A stretch of 64,000 nucleotides of DNA, taken from assembly GCA_963738935.1 (NCBI GenBank), contig CAVTYF010000001.1, positions 3,310,275-3,374,274 on the forward strand. The letters run 5' to 3'. The translations under genes and the position numbers were made by a program. Each line of letters starts with the position of its first letter. Position 1 is the stretch's first letter. The stretch comes from an uncultured Acidobacteriota bacterium. Its GTDB lineage: Bacteria; Acidobacteriota; Blastocatellia; Pyrinomonadales; Pyrinomonadaceae. A model generated the notes under the pieces. It was not told the origin of the DNA and made no database searches. It was given only the letters and a program-made list of their open reading frames with translations. Positions 17,992-26,506 of the stretch are shown here, in pieces.

Positions 17992-20082
17992 ATGAAATTA
18001 ATACTAGCAGCCATACTCGGCGCCGCATTGTCGTGCTCTGCCCAGGCACAAAATGTCGTGCGCTACGACCTGACTATCGACCACAAGATGGTTAATTACT
18101 CGGGTAAGAATGTGCATGCGATCGCTGTCAACGGGCAAATCCCAGGGCCAACGCTTGAGTTTACCGAGGGCGACATTGCTGAGATCCACGTCAAGAATAA
18201 CCTCCACGAACTGTCCTCCGTCCACTGGCACGGCATCTTGCTGCCGAACGAGCAGGACGGTGTTCCGTTCCTGACGACCACGCCGATCCAGCCGATGGGT
18301 ACGCATGTTTTTCGTTTTCCCATCAAGCAGAGCGGCACGTATTGGTACCACTCGCACAGCAATCTGCAGGAGCAGAAGGGACTGTACGGAGCATTGATCA
18401 TCAAGAAACGCGACGAGCCGCCGATGCCGAACTACACCGTACTTTTTAGCGACTGGACGGACGAGCATCCCCACGAGGTGATGCGAATGCTCAAGAACGC
18501 GAATGACTGGTTCGCGATCAAGAAAGATGCGGTGCAAAGCTATGGCGAGGCGCTCAAGGCCGGTGCGTTCAAAGCGAAATTCCGACAGGAATGGCAGCGG
18601 ATGAATGCGATGGACGTTTCCGATGTTTATTACGACGCATTTCTCGCGAACGGCAAAAAGGAAGACTCGGCACCGCAGTTCAAAGCAGGTGATAAGGTCC
18701 GATTGCGAGTCATCAATGGCTCAGCCTCGACCTATTTCTGGATACAATTCGCCAGCGGCCAGCTCTCGGTGGTCGCCACAGACGGTATCGTCGTCGTTCC
18801 GGTAAATGTTGACCGCATGATGATCGGAATCGCCGAAACCTATGATGTCATCGTCACGATACCTGAAAACAAGAGTTTCGAGCTGCGAGCAACGGCCGAG
18901 GATCGTACAAAGGCAACCTCGCTCTGGCTCGGTAGCGGCGAAAAAGTCGCGGCCCCCATTTTGCCGAAGCTCAAACTCTTCGAAGGAATGAAGATGATGA
19001 ACGACATGGGCAAGGACAAGATGGAGATGTCCTATCAGCAGATGGACATGAACGAGGTGATGTTCCCAGAGGTCGTTCCGGATCCGGCGAAGCCCGGCGA
19101 GTTGCCGCCCGTCACCCTCAACTACGCGATGCTAAAGTCGCCGGTGAAGACCGAGTTTTCACCCGATAAGCCGCTACGGGAAATGAAGTTTCGCCTCACC
19201 GGCAATATGAACCGCTACATGTGGAGCATGGACGACAAGCCGTTGTCGAAGTCTGACAAGATACTGATAAAGAAAGGCGAGACGGTGCGCATCACGATCT
19301 ACAACGATACAATGATGCGGCATCCGATGCATTTGCACGGGCATTTTTTTCGCGTTCTCAACGGCCAAGGTGAATATTCGCCACTCAAAAATGTCCTCGA
19401 CATCCTACCGATGGAGACGGACGTGATCGAGTTCGACGCCAATGAGGAAAAGGATTGGTTCTTTCATTGCCACGTCCTGTATCACATGATGGCGGGCATG
19501 GGACGTGTGTTCAGCTATGCCGATTCGCCGCCGAATACGCAGGTTGCGCCGACCAAAAAGAACTGGAACTATTTCCGCGGCGAGGACGCGCGGATGCTCC
19601 ATTCCAAATTTGAGCTGTCGGCTCAGTCAAACGGCGTTTTCGGCCACGGCATGGTCGCGAATAATTATTACTTCGGCTCGACGCAGTTTCACTTTAATCC
19701 TAAGTACGGGTATGAAAGCGAAACAAAATTTGGACGGTACGTCGATAAACAGCAGTTTCTCAACGTTTACGCAGGTTTCGAGTTGAACCGCGAAAAGCAC
19801 AACGGCCGTTGGGAAAACGAAGGCTTCGGTACGGTTGGTTTTGAATTCACCCTTCCGATGTTCGTCAAAGCCGACGGCCGCGTAAATACAAAGGGCAAGT
19901 TCCGCTTGCAGCTTGCTCGCGAGGACATAACCCTATCAAAACGCCTGCGTCTGGACGCGATGTGGAACACGGACCGGGAATATCAGATCGGAATGCGGTA
20001 CATCCTTGCCAAACGCTGGCAGCTTAGCGGCAATTATTACAACGAGTATGGTTTTGGCGCAGGCGTGACGTACAGCTACTAA
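17992..20082 (+). CDS. multicopper oxidase (CopA/PcoA-like) fused to a C-terminal CopB/PcoB-like beta-barrel domain
   Basis: Signal peptide. Copper-site motifs HWHGILLPNEQDGVP, YWYHSHS, HPMHLHGHFF and FHCHVLYHMMAGM. The last roughly 170 aa (GFEFTLPMFVKADGRVNTKGKFRLQLAREDITLSKRLRLDAMWNTDREYQIGMRYILAKRWQLSGNYY...TYSY) follow the CopB pattern and end in an aromatic residue. Confidence 0.85.
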   Translation: MKLILAAILGAALSCSAQAQNVVRYDLTIDHKMVNYSGKNVHAIAVNGQIPGPTLEFTEGDIAEIHVKNNLHELSSVHWHGILLPNEQDGVPFLTTTPIQPMGTHVFRFPIKQSGTYWYHSHSNLQEQKGLYGALIIKKRDEPPMPNYTVLFSDWTDEHPHEVMRMLKNANDWFAIKKDAVQSYGEALKAGAFKAKFRQEWQRMNAMDVSDVYYDAFLANGKKEDSAPQFKAGDKVRLRVINGSASTYFWIQFASGQLSVVATDGIVVVPVNVDRMMIGIAETYDVIVTIPENKSFELRATAEDRTKATSLWLGSGEKVAAPILPKLKLFEGMKMMNDMGKDKMEMSYQQMDMNEVMFPEVVPDPAKPGELPPVTLNYAMLKSPVKTEFSPDKPLREMKFRLTGNMNRYMWSMDDKPLSKSDKILIKKGETVRITIYNDTMMRHPMHLHGHFFRVLNGQGEYSPLKNVLDILPMETDVIEFDANEEKDWFFHCHVLYHMMAGMGRVFSYADSPPNTQVAPTKKNWNYFRGEDARMLHSKFELSAQSNGVFGHGMVANNYYFGSTQFHFNPKYGYESETKFGRYVDKQQFLNVYAGFELNREKHNGRWENEGFGTVGFEFTLPMFVKADGRVNTKGKFRLQLAREDITLSKRLRLDAMWNTDREYQIGMRYILAKRWQLSGNYYNEYGFGAGVTYSY

Positions 20083-20095
20083 ACGGAGAACTACT

Positions 20096-20614
20096 ATGAA
20101 AAAACTAGTATTTTTGACACTTGCGATCGTATTCGCGGCGATGGGTGCGACCGCTCAAGATCTGGGAGCCATTGCCCCCTCGGTTCAAAAACAGGTTGGA
20201 GCTTCGCTGACGAGCTACTACGCGTTAAAAGACGCACTCGTTGATTCGAATGTCGAAACGGCGAGTACAAAGGCGGACGATCTGCTAAAAACCCTCGACG
20301 CTGTCGATACCGCGAAAATGACCGCACCGCAGAAAACTCTGTGGGGAAAGCTCGAAAAGCTTATCCGCACGGATTCGGTCCACATCAATCGCAACAAAGA
20401 TCTCGGGCATCAGCGTGAGCATTTTATGAAGCTGTCGAATAACATGTATGCTTTAGTTTTCAGCTTTAAGGCGAATGAGACTGATGCGTATCTGCAATAT
20501 TGCCCTATGAAAAAGGCATCATGGTTGTCGCCTAGCAAGGACATAAAAAATCCCTATTACGGCAGCAAAATGTTGACCTGCGGCTCAGTAAAGGCAACCG
20601 TTAAGAAAGGCTGA
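20096..20614 (+). CDS. DUF3347-domain protein (commonly linked to heavy-metal genes)
   Basis: Signal peptide, then SYYALKDALVDSN...HQREHFMKLSNNMYAL...YLQYCPM...NPYYGSKMLTCG, which matches the DUF3347 pattern. Confidence 0.7.
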   Translation: MKKLVFLTLAIVFAAMGATAQDLGAIAPSVQKQVGASLTSYYALKDALVDSNVETASTKADDLLKTLDAVDTAKMTAPQKTLWGKLEKLIRTDSVHINRNKDLGHQREHFMKLSNNMYALVFSFKANETDAYLQYCPMKKASWLSPSKDIKNPYYGSKMLTCGSVKATVKKG

Positions 20615-20625
20615 ACCGCAAAAAG

Positions 20626-21297
20626 ATGAACGGTATTATGAACGGATTAAAATCGATGTTTCTTGTCGCGATCGCGACCTTATTGGCCGCATGTGGAATG
20701 CAGAGCAACTCTAACAATTCCGCTTCGCACGCGAACATGAACCACAATGCGTTAAGCACGCAGCCGGTCAATAACAGCAAGATGGACCACGGCCAGATGG
20801 ATCATTCGACAATGAAAAGCTCGCCCAATGCTGCGGCGGCTGATTACGACCTGCAATTCATTGATACTATGATCGCGCACCATCAGGCAGCGGTTGATAT
20901 GGCAAAGCTGATCGCTGGAAAAACGGAACGGCCCGAGCTAAAGAAGATGGGCGCAAAGATGACCGCTTCGCAACAGAAAGAGATCGATGATATGAAAGCG
21001 TGGCGTGAAAAGTGGTTTGCGGGTAAACCGGCTGCGATCAATATGGAAATGGCCGGAATGGCATCATCGATGTCAGGCATGGATATGAAAAAGCTGGGTG
21101 GTGCCACCGGAAACTCGTTCGACCTTGAGTTCATCCGGCAAATGCTACCACACCACGAGGGAGCAGTCGTCATGGCTCAGGAAGCTCTGAAAAAGTCGGA
21201 AAAAGACGAGATCAAATCACTTGCAAACGATATCATTAGAGAACAGAACGCCGAGATCGAAATGATGAAAGCCTGGCAAAAGGAATGGAGCAAGTGA
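20626..21297 (+). CDS. DUF305-family lipoprotein (four-helix-bundle metal-related protein)
   Basis: Lipobox LLAAC|G. Duplicated MIAHHQAAVDMAK and MLPHHEGAVVMAQ motifs. Met/His-rich N-terminal linker. Confidence 0.75.
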   Translation: MNGIMNGLKSMFLVAIATLLAACGMQSNSNNSASHANMNHNALSTQPVNNSKMDHGQMDHSTMKSSPNAAAADYDLQFIDTMIAHHQAAVDMAKLIAGKTERPELKKMGAKMTASQQKEIDDMKAWREKWFAGKPAAINMEMAGMASSMSGMDMKKLGGATGNSFDLEFIRQMLPHHEGAVVMAQEALKKSEKDEIKSLANDIIREQNAEIEMMKAWQKEWSK

Positions 21298-21725
21298 TCG
21301 AAAGCAAAGAGTTAAACCTGCTATCGCCGCCGCCGTTTTTGTATGTCGCGTGGGTGCTCGCCCTCATCGGTACGATCGGGAGCCTATTTTTTAGTGAGGT
21401 GATGCTGTATCCGCCTTGTGTACTTTGCTGGTATCAGCGTATAGCGCTCTATCCGCTGGTCGTCATCATCGGTGTCGGTATCGCTAAGCGTGATCGCTCG
21501 GTTGTAAAATATGCACTTCCGATATGCCTGATCGGGCTCGCGATCGCTTTTTACCATAATCTGCTCTACTACGGATTCATCCCCGAGAGCATTACACCGT
21601 GTACCGAGGGCGTTCCCTGTAACGCAAAGCAGATCGAACTATTCGGGTTTATTACAATACCGCTGATGGCTCTCATGGGTTTCGTCAGCATAGCGATTTG
21701 CCTCATACTATCGAGGCGAAAATAA
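21285..21725 (+). CDS. disulfide bond formation protein B (BdbC/DsbB family)
   Basis: 146 aa with four TM helices and the CVLCWYQRIALYP motif. Confidence 0.8.
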   Translation: MEQVIESKELNLLSPPPFLYVAWVLALIGTIGSLFFSEVMLYPPCVLCWYQRIALYPLVVIIGVGIAKRDRSVVKYALPICLIGLAIAFYHNLLYYGFIPESITPCTEGVPCNAKQIELFGFITIPLMALMGFVSIAICLILSRRK

Positions 21726-21735
21726 AATTAGCTTT

Positions 21736-22410
21736 ATGAGAAAAGATGTATTAGTAATGGGTGCGATCGCTGTCGTTGTGGTTGCCGCAGCGTATTTTGG
21801 TGCCGGATATTATCGCCGCGAGGTTCAGAAAGAGGTAAAACCGATGACCCCGAGGGCTGACGGTGCCACGCTCGTTCGTGAGGACAGCCCGACGCTAGGG
21901 CCCGCGGACGCAAAAGTAACGCTCGTCGAATTTTACGACCCCGAATGCGAATCCTGCGCGTCATTCGCACCGGTCGTGAAAAAGATCATGAAGGATTACG
22001 AAGGCAAAATCCGTCTCGTCGCAAGATATATGCCTCTGCATCCAAATTCGATGCCCGCCGCATCATTTACCGAGGCCGCCGGCGAGCAAGGGAAATATTG
22101 GCAGGCTCAGGACCTGCTGTTCACAAAACAACCGGAATGGGGCACGAAACACGGTGCACCGCTCGACGCACCGAAAGTTGACATCAATAAGCTTTTTGAC
22201 AAGTACGCGATGGAACTGGGGCTCGATCTAAACAAAGCCGGACAGGCGATAAAGGAAAACCGTTTCGTCCCAAAAATCGAGCGCGATAGAAAAGACGGCC
22301 AGGCCCTCGGCGTTCGCCGTACGCCGACATTTTTTGTCAACGGTCGCGAACTCGCTCGCTTTGGCGAAGCGGACCTGAGAGCCCTGATAGATGAAGAAAT
22401 GAAGAAGTAA
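21736..22410 (+). CDS. DsbA/BdbD-family thiol:disulfide oxidoreductase
   Basis: N-terminal anchor, then a thioredoxin fold with FYDPECESCASF (CxxC). Confidence 0.8.
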   Translation: MRKDVLVMGAIAVVVVAAAYFGAGYYRREVQKEVKPMTPRADGATLVREDSPTLGPADAKVTLVEFYDPECESCASFAPVVKKIMKDYEGKIRLVARYMPLHPNSMPAASFTEAAGEQGKYWQAQDLLFTKQPEWGTKHGAPLDAPKVDINKLFDKYAMELGLDLNKAGQAIKENRFVPKIERDRKDGQALGVRRTPTFFVNGRELARFGEADLRALIDEEMKK

Positions 22411-22428
22411 CAGTGAGGGTGGAGTATC

Positions 22429-23048
22429 ATGGCCGGGTGTTGTGAAAGCGAGTGCGGGCTGAATCCGGCAAGCGACAGGCAGAGGCGAACACTGCGGATC
22501 GTTCTTGTCATTAACGCCGTTATGTTTGCCGTGATCGTTGCGGGAGCGGCCATTGGAAACTCAAGCTCCCTGCTGGCTGATAGTCTCGATAACCTCGGCG
22601 ACGCTTTAACGTATGGCTTCAGTCTCTACGCCGTGTCAAAAGCCGCGACGACTAAGGCTAAAGTTGCATTATTTAAAGGCGGCTTGATCCTTGCGGTCGC
22701 AATGGTGGTCGCGGGCAGTGTTGGATATAGAGTGTTGTACCCCGGCCTTCCAGGTTATGAGACCATGGGCATTTTTAGCATAGCCGGCCTCGTCGCGAAT
22801 TCGATCTGTTTGGCACTGCTTTGGCGCCACCGGAGCGATGACATCAATATGAGTTCCGTCTGGGAATGCTCGCGAACGATATTGCCTCGAACCTGTCGGT
22901 TTTCGTGGCCGCCGGTGCTGTCTGGACAACAGGATCGGCGTGGCCCGACATCATCGTTGCTTCCGCTCTGGTTTTGCTTTTGCTTAGATCTGCAATTAGA
23001 GTAAATACTTCCGCGATCGCTGAGCTTCGGACAGCATCCACCATATGA
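22429..23048 (+). pseudogene. short cation diffusion facilitator (CDF) transporter with a Cys-rich N-terminus, interrupted by a 1-nt deletion near 22868-22875
   Basis: ORF 22429..23004 reads ...DINMSSVWECSR then goes out of frame. ORF 22866..23048 reads NDIASNLSVFVAAGAVWTTGSAWPDIIVAS... Joined, WECSRNDIASN fits the CDF TM5 pattern. The N-terminus is MAGCCESECG. Confidence 0.7.
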
Positions 23049-23947
23049 TTTTTATGAGAGTGATAATTTTTCTAATAATTCTAGCTTCTTGCACCGTCGC
23101 TTTTTCTCAGACCTCGACCAAGATAAAACTAAAAGGCCAGGTCGTCTGCGAATCTTGCTGGGCCGAGGCCGACGATCGGAAGAAAAATCCATACGGCACC
23201 GCAGCCGATCTAAAATGCGCTGACGATTGTGCGGAAAAGGGTCTGCCGCGAGCTTTGGCTGTCGAGGACGAAAAGGGCTTTACGCTCTATACGCTCGAAA
23301 AAGGGGCCTATAAGACAAGCGGCAAAGAATTCCTAAACCTCGTCCCAAACATTGTCGAGATCGAAGGCACTCTGCGTACCGAAAAGGATAAAAAGATCGT
23401 AAAGGTCAATGCTCTCAAGATTCTGTCTGAAAAACCGCCAAAACCGGTGCTTGCCTCGACCGATGCGGTTTTGGCGTTAAAAGACCTAACCGGCGGCGAG
23501 CAGTCGCTCGTCGGTTATCGCGGACGCGTGGTCGTGCTCAATTTTTGGGCGACGTGGTGCGTACCATGTCAAAAGGAAATGCCTGACCTGTCCGCGATCC
23601 AGAACGATTACGCTGCGCTCGGTGTGCAGGTCATCGGTGCCGCCGGCGATGCTGCCGCGGATTCGGCCAAGGTGCTCAAGTTCATTCGCGAATTCAAGGT
23701 CAATTTTCCGGTCTGGGTTGGGGCCGCAACGACCGACATGGAGCGGTTCGGCGTCGGAACCGTTCTTCCGGCGACCGTGATCGTCAACCGCGAAGGCAAA
23801 ATAGTCTGGCGCGAGATCGGCATTATTAACCCGTTCGAACTGAGAAAAGAACTCGACAAGATCCTACTTCCAGAGGTTGCCGAGGCGACAAAAGTGGCAA
23901 AGGCGGAGAAAGCGAAAACTAAGAATACGTCGCTCGTCCCTGCCTGA
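23045..23947 (+). CDS. TlpA/ResA-like thioredoxin-fold protein with an N-terminal Cys-rich domain
   Basis: Signal peptide. N-domain VVCESCW...LKCADDCAEKG. C-domain NFWATWCVPCQKEMP (redoxin CxxC). Confidence 0.75.
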   Translation: MIFMRVIIFLIILASCTVAFSQTSTKIKLKGQVVCESCWAEADDRKKNPYGTAADLKCADDCAEKGLPRALAVEDEKGFTLYTLEKGAYKTSGKEFLNLVPNIVEIEGTLRTEKDKKIVKVNALKILSEKPPKPVLASTDAVLALKDLTGGEQSLVGYRGRVVVLNFWATWCVPCQKEMPDLSAIQNDYAALGVQVIGAAGDAAADSAKVLKFIREFKVNFPVWVGAATTDMERFGVGTVLPATVIVNREGKIVWREIGIINPFELRKELDKILLPEVAEATKVAKAEKAKTKNTSLVPA

Positions 23948-24037
23948 CCTGTCTGACCGGGCGAAGGACAGGCTGTCCGGGGGACGGCCGATAACCCTAA
24001 AAAATTCACCGCCGGTATCCGGCTAATCTACGGTCAG

Positions 24038-24502
24038 GTGGATAGAGCCGCCGTGCGCGCGACGCTAATCTATCGCTGGCATCCGCAGGTTCACTTTGGT
24101 TTAGAATACAATCCGAAGGTCGGCGAGGTCCGCCCGCTACTCACGCTAATCCCGGTCACCGAAACGCAAAACCGCCCGGCGATCATCTTCGGCATCAGTT
24201 CCGACCGCATCGGGACGCCGTCAGGCACATCTCTCTACCTGACCGCAAGCAAAGACCTAGAGCATTGGACCGGCCTGCCCATCGCCCCATACGCAGGCGT
24301 CGTCTGGGGCTCATTCGAACACCGATTCCGCCCCATCGGCGGCCTCAGCATCCGCTTCCACCCACGACTGTCGTCAATGATCCAGTTCGACGGCGTCAAG
24401 GTGCATCCCGGCATGACCTACACCTTTAACGACACCCACGCACTAACATTCTTAATGATCCGCGGAAAGAGTCCTGGAATGACTTATACGTTTTCCTTTT
24501 GA
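24038..24502 (+). CDS. hypothetical protein (beta-rich, ends ...YTFSF), possibly N-terminally truncated
   Basis: 154-aa ORF starting at GTG. There is no signal peptide and no upstream in-frame start after stop 23954. Confidence 0.35.
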   Translation: MDRAAVRATLIYRWHPQVHFGLEYNPKVGEVRPLLTLIPVTETQNRPAIIFGISSDRIGTPSGTSLYLTASKDLEHWTGLPIAPYAGVVWGSFEHRFRPIGGLSIRFHPRLSSMIQFDGVKVHPGMTYTFNDTHALTFLMIRGKSPGMTYTFSF

Positions 24503-24529
24503 TTTTGGGAGTAAAAGATGGTGCCCTCG

Positions 24530-24561
<32 letters not shown>

Positions 24562-25171
24562 CTTACCAGCTACGCCTTTCGGCGCCCCTTTCGGGTTTGT
24601 GGTCTGGACTTTCTCTTCACGCCCAACAGATAGAGGGGCGTGTCTGCTGTCAAGTCTCTACACCTTCCGATTTTCGATCGGCTTGGCTCGGGATTACCAT
24701 ACGTCGTGCGTTTAGGCTTCCCCGAATTTAACAGATTCTACTAAACTGTCTGTTGACGATCTAGCAACCCAATTTTGCAAATGCCGTATGGAAAAATCGT
24801 GTATTGTTTGTGCCAAAGGCCTTACGGGAAAGCAGCAAAAATTCTGCTCTGCATTCTGTAAGAACTCAACAACCAATAACAAACATCAAAACTACGTTGC
24901 TCAGCAACGCAGAGGCTATGATCGTCGAACCCAATTGATACTATTGAAAGGCGGAAGATGCGAGATATGCGGCTATCATAAGAACAATGCTGCTCTCAGT
25001 TTTCACCATGTCTCTCCATCATTAAAATCCTTTCAGATAGACCTCAGAAAGTGTTCAAATAGCTCTTGGAACAGTCTGCTCATCGAAGTTGAAAAATGCC
25101 AACTTCTTTGTCTCAACTGTCACGCTGAACTTCATAACCCAACTTATTCCACTTAGGCGTTTCCGTACCCG
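24562..25171 (-). mobile_element. group I intron (subgroup IC3-like, Azoarcus/cyanobacterial tRNA-intron type)
   Basis: The minus-strand 3' part contains AAATTCGGGGAAGCCTAAACG...GTATGGTAATCCCGAGCCAAGC...GAAGGTGTAGAGACTTGACAGCAGA, then the P8 hairpin CACGCCC/GGGCGTG and two GAAA-tetraloop hairpins. It ends in G, and the preceding exon ends in U. Confidence 0.8.
24788..25156 (+). CDS. HNH endonuclease (putative homing endonuclease), encoded antisense to the intron
   Basis: 122 aa. N-terminal Cys4 (CIVC...FCSAFC) plus an HNH core CEICGYHKNNAALSFHHV...EKCQLLCLNCHAELHN. It is AT-rich relative to its flanks. Confidence 0.8.
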   Translation: MEKSCIVCAKGLTGKQQKFCSAFCKNSTTNNKHQNYVAQQRRGYDRRTQLILLKGGRCEICGYHKNNAALSFHHVSPSLKSFQIDLRKCSNSSWNSLLIEVEKCQLLCLNCHAELHNPTYST

Positions 25172-25250
25172 AGTCCGCTGCTCTAACCGTTGAGCTACAA
25201 GGGCAACCATTGAAAGTTTAATTTAATCTCGAATTTCCCGCAAATTCGAT

Positions 25251-26501
25251 TTAATTAAGGAGTGGGCGAAAAATAACTGCGGTGCGAACCTTTTGAAGAG
25301 CCTCAGTCGCATCCGCCCCAGGAGTTTCCGCTGAAAATCCCTGCAATATCTCGTCGTCGCTTTTCCCGTTAAGAATTTTTTCCAGCACATACATCTCCGC
25401 GTCGCCAAAATTTGGAATGCCGAGGGCGTTTGAGGTTTCGACGCCGATGACGCGGGTTTCGGCGAGGTCGAAGACCCAGTCGAGGATCTTCTCAATTGGG
25501 TCGGTGTCGGGAAAGCGTTGGCGGATGAGGGCGAAAATGTGTTCGCGGTCGTCGACGTTCATCAGCAGGGCCATGAAGAATCGATGTTCCGGGTTGGTTA
25601 CGAAGCTGCGGCGATTTACGATCTCGTCGATTGCGGCGAGACGGTCGAAGATCGGCCCAAATATCTCACCGTTCCTGCCATGCCGGCGGCTGACGACATC
25701 GAGGAATTGTTGAAATCGCGATGTCGAACCCTCGATTTTGAACAATTGTTCGAGTTGATTTGCTCCGACCAGATGCCGCAGACGTCCGAGGATAACGAAC
25801 GATGTCTGTAGATCGCTTGATTCGAGGAGCTCGGTTGCCATGCGGTCGGCTTCTGGGTGTTTTGCACGAAATGCGGCTGCAAGAATCTGCAGTTTTTTTG
25901 TCGTCGTCGGTTGTTCAAAGAACGGATCGATCGCTAGATTTGGCTTCTCGTAAGCAAACTGCGGCAGATGGAGCGGCGAACGGTCGGTGCGGACAACAAT
26001 CGTCGCGGACGGCATTTCCAGATGAAAGAGCGAGTGAATGTACTGTTTCCCGGCCCATATTTCCTGCACCGCACCGATCTCGAGCAGTTCGCAGACCTTT
26101 AGGGTCATCTCGCCGATCTCGGCAAATGTATTTACGACCTCGCGCGTCTCAAATTCGTACCAGCTATGAATGCTCGACCCCGCCAACACCTGAAACGCAC
26201 CGCAAAAGCCGTGCTGATGTATCGCGGTTGTCCCCTCAAACCAAAAATACAGATCGATGTAAAAACGTGGCCCCGAAAATATCGTGATCGGCGGATCGCC
26301 AAAATGCGCATTCAGGTCACGCTGCGGCGGCAGCTCGCGCTGTTGCAGCGACCATCGGGCAACGTCCCATGCCGTAAGTTTTGACGGCAAATCGGCCCGT
26401 TTCAGGGCCTCGGCGGCGATAGCGGGCAAATCTGCCTCGTTGTAATTCTGCTTAAGCCAAAGGGCTTCGATCTCCTCGCCAAGTTTCTCAAATAATTCCA
26501 T
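25251..26501 (-). CDS. hypothetical protein with a possible N-terminal cupin-like domain
   Basis: 416 aa. AIHQHGFCGAFQVLAGSSIHSWYEFE ... YIHSLFHLE suggests a His-rich cupin. The C-terminal half is helical. No family recognised. Confidence 0.5.
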   Translation of the reverse strand: MELFEKLGEEIEALWLKQNYNEADLPAIAAEALKRADLPSKLTAWDVARWSLQQRELPPQRDLNAHFGDPPITIFSGPRFYIDLYFWFEGTTAIHQHGFCGAFQVLAGSSIHSWYEFETREVVNTFAEIGEMTLKVCELLEIGAVQEIWAGKQYIHSLFHLEMPSATIVVRTDRSPLHLPQFAYEKPNLAIDPFFEQPTTTKKLQILAAAFRAKHPEADRMATELLESSDLQTSFVILGRLRHLVGANQLEQLFKIEGSTSRFQQFLDVVSRRHGRNGEIFGPIFDRLAAIDEIVNRRSFVTNPEHRFFMALLMNVDDREHIFALIRQRFPDTDPIEKILDWVFDLAETRVIGVETSNALGIPNFGDAEMYVLEKILNGKSDDEILQGFSAETPGADATEALQKVRTAVIFRPLLN

Positions 26502-26506
26502 AAAAC

